A DNA stretch of 64,000 bases, counting the filler, from an uncultured bacterium (GTDB taxonomy: Bacteria; CAYJRR01): NCBI GenBank assembly GCA_964372275.1. It is 4 parts of 4 records of this genome, joined end to end, with 100 filler letters (N's around TTAATTAATTAA, not from the genome) between each part and the next. Parts side by side here need not be neighbours in the genome. Positions count along the whole stretch, not along the records: positions 17,479 to 34,741 come from CAYJRR010000098.1; positions 34,842 to 51,118 come from CAYJRR010000100.1; 2 more parts are not named here. The stretch is one strand, 5' to 3'. Both the position numbers and the translations under genes were made by a program. This document shows positions 30,170 through 40,906 of this stretch, piece by piece. Positions within the stretch are counted from its first letter, which is position 1. The number at the start of each line of letters is the position of its first letter. The notes under the pieces were generated by a model that made no database searches, was not told the origin of the DNA, and saw only the letters and a list, made by a program, of their open reading frames with translations.

Positions 30170-30958
30170 ATGCGGGTTCTCGCCATCGGCGACATCTTCG
30201 GCAACGCCGGGCGTCGCGCCGTCCGCGAATCGCTCGACCGCGCCGTCGACCAGCACCGGATCGACCTGGTGATCGCCAACGCCGAGAACATCGCCGGCGG
30301 CTTCGGGATGACCGTCGAGCTGGTGCAGGAGCTGTTCGACCTCGGCGTCCACGTGATCACCGGGGGAAACCACACCTGGGACAAGACCGAGATCTTCCCC
30401 CTCCTCGATCGCGAGCCGCGCCTGTTGCGGCCGGCGAACTACCCGGAGGGGAACCCCGGGCACGGCATCGCGGTGGTGGAGACGGCGGGAGGGATCCCGG
30501 TCGCGGTCGTCAACCTCGAGGGGCGAGTCTTCATGCCGACCGCCTGCGGCGATCCGTTCCGCGCCTTCGATTCCGCCTATGCCGAGGCCGCGAAACGCGC
30601 CAAGGTGGTGATCGTCGACTTCCACGCGGAGGCCAGCTCCGAGAAGCGTGCCTTCGGCTTCTACGCCGACGGGCGCGCCTCCTTCGTCTTCGGCACCCAC
30701 ACCCACATCCCGACCGCCGATCCGGGGATCCTCCCGCAGGGGACCGGCTACGTCTCCGACGTGGGGATGACCGGTCCCGACGACTCGGTGATCGGGATGC
30801 GCGTCGAAGATGCGCTCAAGCGATTCCTCACCGGGCACCACCAGCGGATGGAGCCGGCGAAACGCGCGCCCGTCTTCCGCGCGGTCGTCTGCGAGATCGA
30901 CGAGTCGACGGGCCGCGCTCGTTCCGTCGAGCGGGTCGACCGGCGGCTGCCGGACTGA
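30170..30958 (+). CDS. ymdB: TIGR00282/YmdB-family metallophosphoesterase
   Basis: [45 protein letters not shown]. Confidence 0.93.
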   Translation: MRVLAIGDIFGNAGRRAVRESLDRAVDQHRIDLVIANAENIAGGFGMTVELVQELFDLGVHVITGGNHTWDKTEIFPLLDREPRLLRPANYPEGNPGHGIAVVETAGGIPVAVVNLEGRVFMPTACGDPFRAFDSAYAEAAKRAKVVIVDFHAEASSEKRAFGFYADGRASFVFGTHTHIPTADPGILPQGTGYVSDVGMTGPDDSVIGMRVEDALKRFLTGHHQRMEPAKRAPVFRAVVCEIDESTGRARSVERVDRRLPD

Positions 30959-30981
30959 CGGTGGTAGAGTGGGCCCGACCG

Positions 30982-32214
30982 ATGAATGAACGCAGCTCTC
31001 CTGCCGTGCCGGCCGCGCCCGCCGAACAGGTGGCGGCGTTTCGCCGCGGGACGGTCGACTTCGTCACGCCGGAGGAGCTGCAGCGGAAGATCGCCCGGGG
31101 CCGACCGCTCCTCGTGAAGGCCGGTTTCGACCCGACCGCCCCCGACCTTCACCTCGGACACACCGTCGTGCTGCAGGTGATGCGTCGCTTCCAGCGCTTC
31201 GGCCACCGCGCCCAGTTCCTGATCGGCGATTTCACCGGCCGGATCGGGGACCCCACTGGCAAGAACGAGATGCGCAAGCCCCTCTCGGAGGAGGAGGTCC
31301 GCGCGAACGCGGAGACCTACAAGGCGCAGGTGTTCAAGATCCTCGATCCGGATCGCACCGACGTCCTGTTCAACTCGGCCTGGTTCTCCCGGATGTCGGT
31401 CGCGGAGTTCGTCGTGCTGGCGTCGAAATACACCGTGGCCCGGATGCTCGAACGCAACGACTTCGAGAAACGATTCGAGTCGCAGGTGCCGATCGCGATC
31501 CACGAGTTCCTCTACCCGCTGGCGCAGGGGTACGACTCGGTGGCGATGAAGAGCGACGTCGAGCTGGGCGGATCCGACCAGAAGTTCAACCTCCTCGTCG
31601 GCCGCGAACTGCAGCGCGAGTACGGCCAGGACCCGCAGGTGATCCTCACGATGCCGCTCCTGGTCGGGCTCGACGGCGTGGAGAAGATGTCGAAGTCGCT
31701 CGGCAACTACGTCGGGGTGGCGGAGCCGCCGCGCAGCCAGTTCGGCAAGACGATGTCGATTTCGGACGCCACGATGTGGACCTGGTACGAGCTCCTGTCC
31801 GACCTCGACGACGCGGCGCTCGCGCGGCGGAAGGGCGACGTGGAGGCCGGGCGCATGCACCCGCGCGACGCCAAGGTGCTGCTCGCCACCGAGATCGTCG
31901 CCCGTTTCCACGGGGCAGACGGCGCGCGCGCGGCGGCGGAGGAGTTCGAGCAGATCGTCCGTGGCGGCCGCCCGGAGGAGATGCCGGAGATCCGGGTCGA
32001 GGCGTCCGGCCGGGAGGTGCCGCTCCTCGACGCATTGGTGAAGTCGGGGCTGGTGCCGAGCAAGGGGGAGGCGCGCCGATTGATCCAGCAGGGGGGCGTC
32101 GCCGTCGACGACGAGAAGGTCGGGAACATCGCCGCGACGCTCGCGGCCGGGAGCCACGTCGTCCGGTTGGGGAAGCATCGATTTGCGCGCCTACGCATCG
32201 ACGCCCCGGCCTAA
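30982..32214 (+). CDS. tyrS: Tyrosine--tRNA ligase
   Basis: [38 protein letters not shown]-terminal S4 domain. Confidence 0.97.
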   Translation: MNERSSPAVPAAPAEQVAAFRRGTVDFVTPEELQRKIARGRPLLVKAGFDPTAPDLHLGHTVVLQVMRRFQRFGHRAQFLIGDFTGRIGDPTGKNEMRKPLSEEEVRANAETYKAQVFKILDPDRTDVLFNSAWFSRMSVAEFVVLASKYTVARMLERNDFEKRFESQVPIAIHEFLYPLAQGYDSVAMKSDVELGGSDQKFNLLVGRELQREYGQDPQVILTMPLLVGLDGVEKMSKSLGNYVGVAEPPRSQFGKTMSISDATMWTWYELLSDLDDAALARRKGDVEAGRMHPRDAKVLLATEIVARFHGADGARAAAEEFEQIVRGGRPEEMPEIRVEASGREVPLLDALVKSGLVPSKGEARRLIQQGGVAVDDEKVGNIAATLAAGSHVVRLGKHRFARLRIDAPA

Positions 32215-32299
32215 CCGATCTCTAAGGCTTCGTCAAAGAAGGGAAATTCCGCTCCGCCTCGCTTGCCTGCCGCGGTTCGGAGATCCAACGTCGACGTTC

Positions 32300-33394
32300 G
32301 TGAACCGCGTTCTGCTGACGGTCGACCCGCAGTCGGCGAGCTGGATCTACGTGGCCGGAGTCGCCCGGGCGCTCGCCCGGCGCGATCACGCCGTACTCGT
32401 CGTCTCGTTCGGCCGCGAGCCATCGCCCACGCGCCGCGCCGAGATGGAGCTCGACGGCGTGCGCCTCCTGCACGTCCCTCTCGACGGCGTCTTCACCGAG
32501 CCGGCCTTCGTCGACCGCGCGAAGGGGGCGCTGGTGGCGGCAGCGCGCGAATGGAAGCCGACGGTCGTCCAGGTCGACCGCTGCGTGTTCGGCGATCTCG
32601 ATCTCGACGTTCCGAAGGTCCTGTCGATCGCCTGCGATCGGACGGTGCGCGTTTCGCGCGGCCGCGGTCCGGCGCGGAAAGGGATCCTCGGCGCAGACGC
32701 CCTCGTCTCGCCGACGCGCACCCTGGCCGAAGAGATCGCGCGTCGGTTCGAGTACCGCCGTCCAATCGCCATCATCCCGCCCGGTAGCGAGCTGGGCGAC
32801 CGTCCGGTGTCGGTCCAGGCGACACGCCGCACCCGCACCGGCCTCGCCTTCTACGGTCGGACGGACGAAAAGGTCGACGGGTTCGACCTGTTCCTGGAGA
32901 TTGCGCGGAAGCTCCCGGCCGATCTCCAGGTCCGGATCGGAGGCGAAGGGATCCGGCCGCCGCTGCCGGGCATCCTCTCGGATCTCGGCAGTCTCGGTCC
33001 CGAGGGCCGCGCGAGCCTGTTCTCCCGGAGCGAGATCGCCGTACTGCCGTCGCGCGACGATCCGTTTGGCGTGGTCGCCGCCGAGGCGGCGCTCTCCGGA
33101 TGCGCGTTGGTCCTCACCGCGACGTCCACCTATCGCGAAACCTGGAGTGGTGCGGCGATCCTGGTGAAGCCGGGCGACGCGGGCGCCCTGTGGGAGGCGG
33201 TTCGCGCGCTGCTCGAGGATGCCCGCCGGCGGGAGGAGTGCGCGCGACACTGCCGCGCGCGCGCGTTGTCGATCTTCGCCGCCAGCCGGATGGTCGAGGA
33301 GCACCTCGACGTCCACCGCCGAATCCGCCGCGCCTGGGCCAAGAAGGCCGGCGGCCCGCCGCGCCTGGCCCACGACGTCCAACCGATCGGGTAG
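32300..33394 (+). CDS. Glycosyltransferase family 4 (GT-B)
   Basis: LARRDHAVLVVSFG, ADALVSPT, YGR, LPSRDDPFGVVAAEAALSG; GTG start at 32300 inferred. Confidence 0.8.
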   Translation: MNRVLLTVDPQSASWIYVAGVARALARRDHAVLVVSFGREPSPTRRAEMELDGVRLLHVPLDGVFTEPAFVDRAKGALVAAAREWKPTVVQVDRCVFGDLDLDVPKVLSIACDRTVRVSRGRGPARKGILGADALVSPTRTLAEEIARRFEYRRPIAIIPPGSELGDRPVSVQATRRTRTGLAFYGRTDEKVDGFDLFLEIARKLPADLQVRIGGEGIRPPLPGILSDLGSLGPEGRASLFSRSEIAVLPSRDDPFGVVAAEAALSGCALVLTATSTYRETWSGAAILVKPGDAGALWEAVRALLEDARRREECARHCRARALSIFAASRMVEEHLDVHRRIRRAWAKKAGGPPRLAHDVQPIG

Positions 33395-33406
33395 TAGAGT
33401 GGCCGC

Positions 33407-33898
33407 ATGTTCGCGCGATCGCGCTCCCCGGACGGCTCCCCCACGTACCCCCCTGCGTTCGTCTCGGCGGAGCGGCGTGCGCGCGGCGCGAATGCGCTGT
33501 GGGGGATCGCGTTGGCCAGTCCGATGCTGCTTGCGGCGGCGCTCGAGCCGAACGCCGCCGGCGTCGGGACGCACGAGCAGCTGGGACTTCCGCGCTGCAC
33601 CTTCCTCTGGCTCACCGGCATCCCCTGCCCGTTCTGCGGAATGACGACGTCGTGGGCGCACGCGGCGAACCTCGAAGTCGGCGCGGCGTTTCTCGCGCAG
33701 CCGATGGGGCTGGCGCTGTTCCTCGCGACGCTCGGGCTCTCGATCTCCCTCACGGTGCGGTCGTTGACGGGAGGTCCGCCGTTCCGCCCCGATCGTCTGG
33801 TTGCGCGAACCCCGGCGAGCGGATGGTGGGGGCTCGGGATCGGGATCGCGTTGGCGTGGATCTACAAGATCGCGCAGGTTCGCGGCTGGTTCGCTTAG
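33407..33898 (+). CDS. DUF2752 family membrane protein
   Basis: [11 protein letters not shown]...[13 protein letters not shown]...QPMG. Confidence 0.85.
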   Translation: MFARSRSPDGSPTYPPAFVSAERRARGANALWGIALASPMLLAAALEPNAAGVGTHEQLGLPRCTFLWLTGIPCPFCGMTTSWAHAANLEVGAAFLAQPMGLALFLATLGLSISLTVRSLTGGPPFRPDRLVARTPASGWWGLGIGIALAWIYKIAQVRGWFA

Positions 33899-34092
33899 GA
33901 GACCGGGGCCCCGCCGGTCCGAATCCCCGCCGGAGCCAACGCATCTATGAATAAGATAGTTGACGCCCGCGACTCGTGGCGGCGGGGTCTTGCGGGGCGG
34001 TCGGGCGGTCGGTCCGGCGGGGCGTGGCGGAGGCGGTAAGTGGGCTGCGCCGCTGGGCTTTCCGCGGCGCGAGTGGTCGCGGAAAAAGCCGC

Positions 34093-34121
34093 TTGACCGG
34101 CGCAGACCCCGCGCATAGAGT
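34093..34121 (+). promoter_or_regulatory. rRNA promoter P1 (sigma70-type)
   Basis: TTGACC-17bp-TAGAGT with an A-tract just upstream, about 400 bp before 16S. Confidence 0.75.
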
Positions 34122-34271
34122 TCGCGGCACTTTTCGCCGTATCGCCATCGGCGCTACGGCGGTCGGCGGGGGTCCTCGAAGCTGTCGAAGAGGGTCGCCG
34201 TCGGCCGGGCGGGTCGGCGCGAAAAGCGGATTGGATTCGATGCGAAGCGGAGCGGCCGTCGATTTTTTCGG

Positions 34272-34299
34272 TTGACGGGCAACCTTCTTCGAGTAGAGT
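34272..34299 (+). promoter_or_regulatory. rRNA promoter P2 (sigma70-type)
   Basis: TTGACG-16bp-TAGAGT with a T-tract upstream and a GC-rich discriminator. Confidence 0.75.
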
Positions 34300-34319
34300 G
34301 CGCCGACGTTTCGGTCCCC

Positions 34320-34332
34320 GATCTTTGAAAAC
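34320..34332 (+). promoter_or_regulatory. boxA antitermination element
   Basis: GATCTTTGAAAAC just downstream of P2, matching the rrn boxA pattern. Confidence 0.7.
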
Positions 34333-34524
34333 CGAATAGCAAACGCCAGTTTTTGCGGACCCGGAGCACCTCGCCGGCAGGCGGAAAACCGCCGACCGGA
34401 GGGTCGCTCCAGGGTTTCATGAAACAACAATCGGGAAGAGGCAGGAGAGATCCTCCCTCGACTCGGTCCGAACGAGAATCAATGAGCAGATCCGGTCGAA
34501 AGACCGATCTCTCCAATCGACACT

Positions 34525-34741
<217 letters not shown>

Positions 34742-34841
34742 NNNNNNNNNNNNNNNNNNNNNNNNNNNNNNNNNNNNNNNNNNNNTTAATTAATTAANNN
34801 NNNNNNNNNNNNNNNNNNNNNNNNNNNNNNNNNNNNNNNNN
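34742..34841. other. Artificial contig-joining spacer
   Basis: N44-TTAATTAATTAA-N44. Confidence 0.98.
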
Positions 34842-35633
34842 GGTGTAGGTGAACGTCCCCCCCTCCACCGAGGGGAGGGCCGACAGCGCGCGCACCGCGC
34901 GGTCGTAGGTCCGGGCGTCGACGAGGCGCAGGTCCTTCACCACCGACGCCCTGCCGCTCCGGAGGATTTCGACGAACTCGGCGATCACCGCGTCGAACCG
35001 ATCGGGATGGCCGGCGTGCGCGTGGAAGGTGTGTGGCCAGACGTCGACCTGTTCGAAACCGGCGGCACGAAGAAGGCCGAACATCTTCCGCCCGATGAAC
35101 GGATCGCCGCCGAGCCGCCGCTGCGCCCGCGCGAACGCGCCCCAGGTCCGCTCCAGCTCCGGGACGCGCGGCCAGACGAGGAAGCTCGAGTTCTCCACCT
35201 CCGCGGCCCAGAGGCTACCCCCGGGGCGAAGGACGCGCCGGGCCTCCCCCAGCACGTCGCCGACGTCGGCGACGTGTTCGAAGAACCAGGAGGTGTAGAC
35301 CAGGTCGAAGCGGTCGGCGGAGAACGGCAGGCTCGCGCCGTCGGCGACGGCGAAGACGGCGCTTCCGGCCGGCGTTCGCCGCATCGCTTCGCGCGCCTGC
35401 AGGATCGACCGGTCGACCGCGGCGGGATGCGCCGCGCCGCGCGAGACCAGGCGCCGGGTCATCGCCCCGATGCCGCAGCCGAGGTCGAGGACGCGGTCGG
35501 GATCGCGCGGCACCTCGACGCCGTCGAGCAACACGTCGGCGATGAAACCGGCCTGCCGTTCGAGGCGGTCGGCCTCCGTCCGCCCCCGTCCGTGGATGTA
35601 GGGATCGCCCACCGGCCGCCGACGGTAGCGCAT
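34842..35633 (-). CDS. Class I SAM-dependent methyltransferase, 3'-truncated
   Basis: YIHG...EADRLERQA, VLDLGCGIG, LPFSADRFDLV, RRVLRPGG; the true start may be the GTG at 35612. Confidence 0.88.
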
Positions 35634-35719
35634 TCTCCACGGTGGTTCGAGGGCGCGGAGCGGCCTTCATCGTCGGTTCGCCGGTTGTCCAATTTCCATT
35701 TTCGACTTCTCATTGCGCG

Positions 35720-36625
35720 ATGACGGCCGAGAGCCGAGCCCTCCTCTGGGCGGCGGCGGCGATCGTGCTCTGGGGGACGCTCGCGGCCGTGGTCGGCGAC
35801 GCGCTGACCGGGGTGCGGGCGCCGTCGCTCGTCTTCTGGACCTTCGTCTTCGCCGCCCCAACGTTGGTCGCCTGGGAGGTTCGCCGCGGCACCCCCGTGC
35901 GTGCCCTCGCCGTCGCGCCTCCGCCGATCGTCCTCCTCGGCCTGTGGGGGATCTTCGGCTACCACGCCGCGTTCTTCGAGGCGCTCGACCGCGCGCCGAT
36001 CGTGGAGGCCAACCTCCTCAACTACCTTTGGCCGCTGCTGATGGTGCTGCTGTCGCCCCTCCTGGCGCGCGAACCGGTCTCGTGGCCGGCGATCGGCGGG
36101 GCGGCGGTCGGGTTCGCCGGCGCCGCGCTCGTCGTCACGCAGGGGCGCACGCTGGCCGTCCGCCCGGAGCACGCCGGCGGCTACCTGCTCGCCGCGCTCG
36201 CCGCCCTGTCGTGGTCGTCGTTCTCGGTCCTGCTGAAGCGCGCCGGCCCGGCCGCCCAGGGGAAGATGGCGACCTTCGCGATGTGGTCCCTCGCGGCCGC
36301 CGCCGCCGGCGCGGCGCTTCGCGGCGGGTTGGCGCCGCCGCCGCCGCGCGCCCTGGCCGCCGCGGCGTGGGTCGGGATCGGGCCGATGGCGTTGGCGTTC
36401 GTCTGCTGGGATCGCGCGATGGCCACCGGCCGGGCATCGCGGATCGGCGCGCTCTCCTATCTCGACCCGCTTCTGTCGACCCTGTGCGTCGCCGCGTTCC
36501 TGGGGAGGTCGATCTCGGCCGCGTCCTGGACCGGGATGGCGCTGATCGTCGCCGGCGCCGCGGCGCCGAGCCTGTGGAAGCTCCGGCCATCGGCCGCCGG
36601 ACCGCCCTCGCCGGCGGACGGCTAG
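35720..36625 (+). CDS. DMT/EamA family transporter
   Basis: About 10 TM segments; EANLLNYLWPLLMVLLS, IGALSYLDPLLS. Confidence 0.9.
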   Translation: MTAESRALLWAAAAIVLWGTLAAVVGDALTGVRAPSLVFWTFVFAAPTLVAWEVRRGTPVRALAVAPPPIVLLGLWGIFGYHAAFFEALDRAPIVEANLLNYLWPLLMVLLSPLLAREPVSWPAIGGAAVGFAGAALVVTQGRTLAVRPEHAGGYLLAALAALSWSSFSVLLKRAGPAAQGKMATFAMWSLAAAAAGAALRGGLAPPPPRALAAAAWVGIGPMALAFVCWDRAMATGRASRIGALSYLDPLLSTLCVAAFLGRSISAASWTGMALIVAGAAAPSLWKLRPSAAGPPSPADG

Positions 36626-36661
36626 GAGCCCGAAGGGCGTTGGCAAACGCCTACGGGCTCC
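36625..36661. repeat. GC-rich hairpin after EamA (REP-like or terminator-like)
   Basis: GGAGCCCG...GGCGTT-GGCA-AACGCC...CGGGCTCC; no U-tract. Confidence 0.45.
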
Positions 36662-36827
36662 GATCGAGGATCCCAGGCCGCTCGAGGCGCGAAGCGCATG
36701 CCAAGTAGATGTCGTACGCGACATCTCGCCGGTCGCGCGTCTTGGAATCGATTGACGCCCGCTCGGGGCCCTGAATATGTGCTCACCTTTCGTCGTCTCG
36801 TCCGGCAGAACCGAACGGAGGTCCTCC

Positions 36828-37691
36828 ATGCTCGACTCGCTGCTGATCGCCACCGTCCTCGTCGCCGCCCTGCCGGCGACCGCCGCGCCCGCCGGCCCCT
36901 CGATCCTCCACCTGAGCGCCGACAGGACGATGGCGTTGGTGCTCGTCGACGGCGCGCCGATCGACGGCAGCGACTGCCCATCGCCGAAGGCGTGCGACGT
37001 CGTCGAGCTCGCCCCCGGTGTGCACGAGATCGAGATCCGCACGGGGATGTTCGGCACCAAAGGCGCGATCCGCGGGCGGATCGAGGTCGCGGCGAACGCC
37101 GAGGTGTGGGCCAAGGCGACGAAGGACCGGATCGAGGTCTACAACACCCAACCGCGCGCGCTCCCGGCCGACGTCGCGATGGCGGCGGTGCCCGTCACGT
37201 CGCAGTCGACGACCACCACCGTCACGCAACGCGTCGGAAATCCGGGCGGACTCTCGGCCGGCGTCTCGTTCGTCGATCCGGCGACCGGTGAGCCGGTGTC
37301 GATCCATGCCGGATTCTCGATCGTCGGCGGCCCGTCTGCGACCGTCACCGAGTCGGTGACGACCACCACGACCGTCTCCGCGCCGCCCCCCGTCGCGGTG
37401 TCGGGGCCGGCCGGGATGATCGAGCTGACGTCGCAGGACGGCGAATCGTTCACCGTCTATCTCGACGGGAAGAAGGTCGGCACCTTCAACGGGCTCGAGG
37501 GGCAGTCGATCAAGGTGAAGAAGGTCGCCCCCGGCGAGCACACCCTGACCATCAAGGACTTCATGGAGGAGGACGTCTGGACCACCGGACGGCTCTACAT
37601 GGATCCGGGGTTCACGCTCAAGATGGGGGTCGACGAAGGGGCCGGCGTCGAGGCGTTCAACAACGCCGGCGCCTGGCAGCCGACGCGGTAG
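36828..37691 (+). CDS. Secreted protein with two PEGA-like beta domains and a Thr-rich linker
   Basis: GGAGG RBS, signal peptide, two 'VxxDG...LAPGxHxxxI' units separated by Thr-rich segments. Confidence 0.7.
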   Translation: MLDSLLIATVLVAALPATAAPAGPSILHLSADRTMALVLVDGAPIDGSDCPSPKACDVVELAPGVHEIEIRTGMFGTKGAIRGRIEVAANAEVWAKATKDRIEVYNTQPRALPADVAMAAVPVTSQSTTTTVTQRVGNPGGLSAGVSFVDPATGEPVSIHAGFSIVGGPSATVTESVTTTTTVSAPPPVAVSGPAGMIELTSQDGESFTVYLDGKKVGTFNGLEGQSIKVKKVAPGEHTLTIKDFMEEDVWTTGRLYMDPGFTLKMGVDEGAGVEAFNNAGAWQPTR

Positions 37692-37725
37692 GCGTTGCAT
37701 GCCGCGATGCGGCAGCCGCCTTGCC

Positions 37726-37753
37726 TTGACCGAGGGTCGGTCGCCGCTATACT
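37726..37753 (+). promoter_or_regulatory. sigma70-type promoter of the lipA/2-oxoacid dehydrogenase operon
   Basis: TTGACC-16bp-TATACT. Confidence 0.7.
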
Positions 37754-37762
37754 GCGGAGCCC

Positions 37763-38743
37763 TTGGACGATCGCCTGATAACCCTCGGAAAACCGGGATC
37801 TGGCACGGTTTGCGGATCGCTCGCCCGCCCCGGCGCGCCCGACCCGGCCGGGCGAAAGCCGTCCTGGCTGAAGATGACCCTGCCGGCGGGTGACGACTAC
37901 CGGCGAACGCGCGAAACGATCCACGGACTCGGTCTCCACACCGTCTGTGAAGAGGCGCGCTGCCCCAACGTCGGCGAGTGCTGGAGCGCCGGGACGGCGA
38001 CGATCATGCTCCTCGGCGACACCTGCACCCGCGGCTGCCGCTTTTGCAATGTGAAGACGGGGAATCCGGGCGGGATCGTCGACGCCGACGAGCCGGCGCG
38101 CGTCGGAGAGGCCGTCGCGCGGATGGGGCTGACCTACGTGGTGCTGACCACCGTCGACCGCGACGACCTCGCCGACGGGGGCGCGGCGCACATCGCCGCT
38201 ACCGTCGAAACGATCAAGCGGCTCCGTCCCGAGATGCTCGTCGAGGCGCTGGTGGGGGACTTCCGCGGCGACCCGCGCGGCGTCCGGGCGGTGATCGACG
38301 GCGGCCCCGACGTCTACGCGCACAACCTGGAGACGGTGGAGCGGCTGACGCGCCGCGTGCGCGATGTGCGTATGACCTACCGCCAATCGCTCGGGACGCT
38401 GGTCGAAGCCAAGCGCCACCGCCCGGAGATCGTGACCAAGTCGTCGCTGATGCTGGGGCTCGGCGAGACCGAAGAGGAGGTCCTGCAGTCGATGAAGGAC
38501 CTCCTCGACGCCGGCGTCGAGGTGCTGACCCTCGGGCAGTACCTGCGGCCGTCGACGTGGCACCTGCCGGTCGAGCGATACGTCCCGCCCGACGAGTTCG
38601 ACGACTGGAAGGCCGAAGGGGAGTCGCTGGGATTCGCCTACGTCGCGTCCGGACCGCTCGTCCGCAGCTCCTACAAGGCGGGCGAATATTTCCTCGAAAA
38701 CCTGCTGCACCGACGGCGGAGCGAGAATGGCCGTGTCCCGTAG
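37763..38743 (+). CDS. lipA: Lipoyl synthase
   Basis: [51 protein letters not shown]. Confidence 0.97.
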   Translation: MDDRLITLGKPGSGTVCGSLARPGAPDPAGRKPSWLKMTLPAGDDYRRTRETIHGLGLHTVCEEARCPNVGECWSAGTATIMLLGDTCTRGCRFCNVKTGNPGGIVDADEPARVGEAVARMGLTYVVLTTVDRDDLADGGAAHIAATVETIKRLRPEMLVEALVGDFRGDPRGVRAVIDGGPDVYAHNLETVERLTRRVRDVRMTYRQSLGTLVEAKRHRPEIVTKSSLMLGLGETEEEVLQSMKDLLDAGVEVLTLGQYLRPSTWHLPVERYVPPDEFDDWKAEGESLGFAYVASGPLVRSSYKAGEYFLENLLHRRRSENGRVP

Positions 38744-39902
38744 AGAGATCGACGCCAAGTTGAAGGCCGCCAAGACCCTGAAGGTGGTCAACGGCAAGGA
38801 CCACCCCGCGCCCGCCGTGGCGCCCGGGATGCTCTCCCTGCTTCGCGAGGACGGGACGCTCGACGTGGCGAGCGCGCCGAAGCTCTCGGAGGTGCGTGTC
38901 CGCGAGCTGTACCGGCTGATGGTCACCAACCGCCTCCTCGACGAGCGGCTGACGACGCTGCAGCGGCAGGGGCGGATCGGCTTCCACATCGGCTCGGTCG
39001 GCGAAGAGGCGGCGATCATCGGCTCGGCGGCGGCGATCGACGCCGACGACTGGCTCTTCCCCTGCTACCGCGAGGCGGGTGCGGCGCTGCTGCGCGGGAT
39101 GAGCATGGAGTCGCTGGTCCACAACATGTTCGGCAACGCGAACGATCCGGTGAAGGGGCGGCAGATGCCCTGCCACTGGTTCGACCGCGAGCACAGGATG
39201 CCGTCGGTCAGCTCGCCGATCGGCACGCAGATCAGCCACGCGGTCGGCGCCGGGATGGCGGCGCGCATCAAGGGGGAGAAGACCGTTTCGCTCGTCTACT
39301 TCGGCGAAGGGGCGACCTCCTCCAACGAGTTCCACGTCGGTTGCAACTTCGCCGGCGTCTTCAAGGCGCCGGTGGTGCTCCTGTGCCGCAACAATCATTG
39401 GGCGATCTCGGTGCCGCTGTCCCGCCAAACCGCCTCCGACGGGATCGCGGTCAAGGCTTTGGCCTACGGGATCGCGGGGGTGCGCGTCGACGGAAACGAC
39501 CTGTTCGCCGTCTTCAAGGCGACGCGCGAGGCGGCGGAACGAGCGCGGGCCGGGCAGGGGGCGACGCTGATCGAGGCGGTGACCTATCGGCTCGGAGGGC
39601 ACTCCACGTCCGACGACCCGCGCGTCTATCGCAAGGAGTCGGAGGTCGCACCGTGGACCCGGAGGGATCCGATCGACCGGCTCCAGAACTACCTTCGCAA
39701 GAAGGGCTGGTTCGACGAGGCGGTCGACCGCAAGATGCGCGACCGGGTCCAGGAGGAGATCCAGGCCGCGGTGGCGAAGGCCGAAGCCGTGCCGCCGCCG
39801 CCGGTGGAGTCGATCTTCGAAGACGTCTATGCCGACGTTCCGCGGAACCTGATCGAGCAACGCGAGGAGCTTGCAAGGGCGCCTCGCTGGAAGGGGCACT
39901 AG
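38727..39902 (+). CDS. 2-oxoacid (branched-chain/pyruvate) dehydrogenase E1 alpha, copy 1
   Basis: [20 protein letters not shown] motif GEGATSS...[15 protein letters not shown]. Confidence 0.93.
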   Translation: MAVSRREIDAKLKAAKTLKVVNGKDHPAPAVAPGMLSLLREDGTLDVASAPKLSEVRVRELYRLMVTNRLLDERLTTLQRQGRIGFHIGSVGEEAAIIGSAAAIDADDWLFPCYREAGAALLRGMSMESLVHNMFGNANDPVKGRQMPCHWFDREHRMPSVSSPIGTQISHAVGAGMAARIKGEKTVSLVYFGEGATSSNEFHVGCNFAGVFKAPVVLLCRNNHWAISVPLSRQTASDGIAVKALAYGIAGVRVDGNDLFAVFKATREAAERARAGQGATLIEAVTYRLGGHSTSDDPRVYRKESEVAPWTRRDPIDRLQNYLRKKGWFDEAVDRKMRDRVQEEIQAAVAKAEAVPPPPVESIFEDVYADVPRNLIEQREELARAPRWKGH

Positions 39903-39905
39903 CCG

Positions 39906-40886
39906 ATGCCGGTCTTCAACATGATCCAGGCGGTGAACGACGCGCTTCGCCTCGAGATGGCGCGCGATCCGAACGTCGTCCTCTTGGGGGAGGACATCGG
40001 GAAGTTCGGCGGCGTCTTCCGTGCGACGCAAGGGCTCTACGAGGAGTACGGCGCCGAGCGTGTGATCGACACGCCGCTGGCGGAGGGCGGGATCGTCGGC
40101 GTCGCCGTCGGGATGGCGCTCTACGGGCTCAGACCGGTGCCGGAGATCCAGTTCGCCGACTTCATCTGGCCGGCGTTCGACCAGATCACCTCCGAGGTGG
40201 CGAAGTACCGCTACCGGTCGGCCGGGCAGTACACCGTGCCGATGGTGATCCGCACGCCGGTGGGGGGCGGGATCAAGGGGGGCCTCTACCATTCGCAATC
40301 GCCGGAGACCTACTTCGTCCACACAGCCGGTTTGAAGGTGGTGATCCCCAGCAATCCCTACGACGCGAAGGGGATGCTGCTCAGCGCCATCCGCGATGAA
40401 GATCCGGTCCTGTTCTTCGAGCCCAAGCGCATCTACCGATCGGCGAAAGGCGAGGTGCCGGAGGGGGACTACACCGTTCCGCTGGGGAAGGCGGCGGTGG
40501 CGCGCGAAGGGAAGGACGTGACGCTGATCTCGTGGGGGGCGATGGTCCACGAGGCGCTCGACGCCGCATCGCAGGCGGCGGACCGCGGGATCGACTGCGA
40601 GGTGATCGACCTTCGCAGCCTGGTGCCCCTCGACCTCGACGCGATCCTCGAATCGGTGAAGAAGACCGGGCGGGTGGTGATCGTGCACGAGGCGGCGAAG
40701 ACCAACGGGTTCGGGGGCGAGCTGGTGGCGCTGATCAACGAGCACGCCTTCCCGTGGCTCATGGCGCCGCCCAAGCGCGTGACCGGGTGGGATACGCCGT
40801 TCCCCTACACCCTGGAGATGGAGTACCTGCCGAGGGCGCCGCGCATCCTGCTCGGCCTCGAGGAGACGGTCGGATACGTGGCGTGA
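39906..40886 (+). CDS. 2-oxoacid dehydrogenase E1 beta
   Basis: GEDIGKFGGVFRAT, DTPLAE, EIQFADF, YHSQSPE, FFEPKRIY. Confidence 0.95.
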   Translation: MPVFNMIQAVNDALRLEMARDPNVVLLGEDIGKFGGVFRATQGLYEEYGAERVIDTPLAEGGIVGVAVGMALYGLRPVPEIQFADFIWPAFDQITSEVAKYRYRSAGQYTVPMVIRTPVGGGIKGGLYHSQSPETYFVHTAGLKVVIPSNPYDAKGMLLSAIRDEDPVLFFEPKRIYRSAKGEVPEGDYTVPLGKAAVAREGKDVTLISWGAMVHEALDAASQAADRGIDCEVIDLRSLVPLDLDAILESVKKTGRVVIVHEAAKTNGFGGELVALINEHAFPWLMAPPKRVTGWDTPFPYTLEMEYLPRAPRILLGLEETVGYVA

Positions 40887-40906
40887 GCGGAAAGCGAGGG
40901 GCTCAA

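Noticed and set aside
33960..33990. Third rRNA promoter at TTGACG
   Set aside because: No -10 hexamer at 16-18 bp spacing.
37801..37813. sigma54 promoter TGGCACGGTTTGC
   Set aside because: GG-to-GC spacing is 8 rather than the required 10, and it lies inside the lipA coding region.
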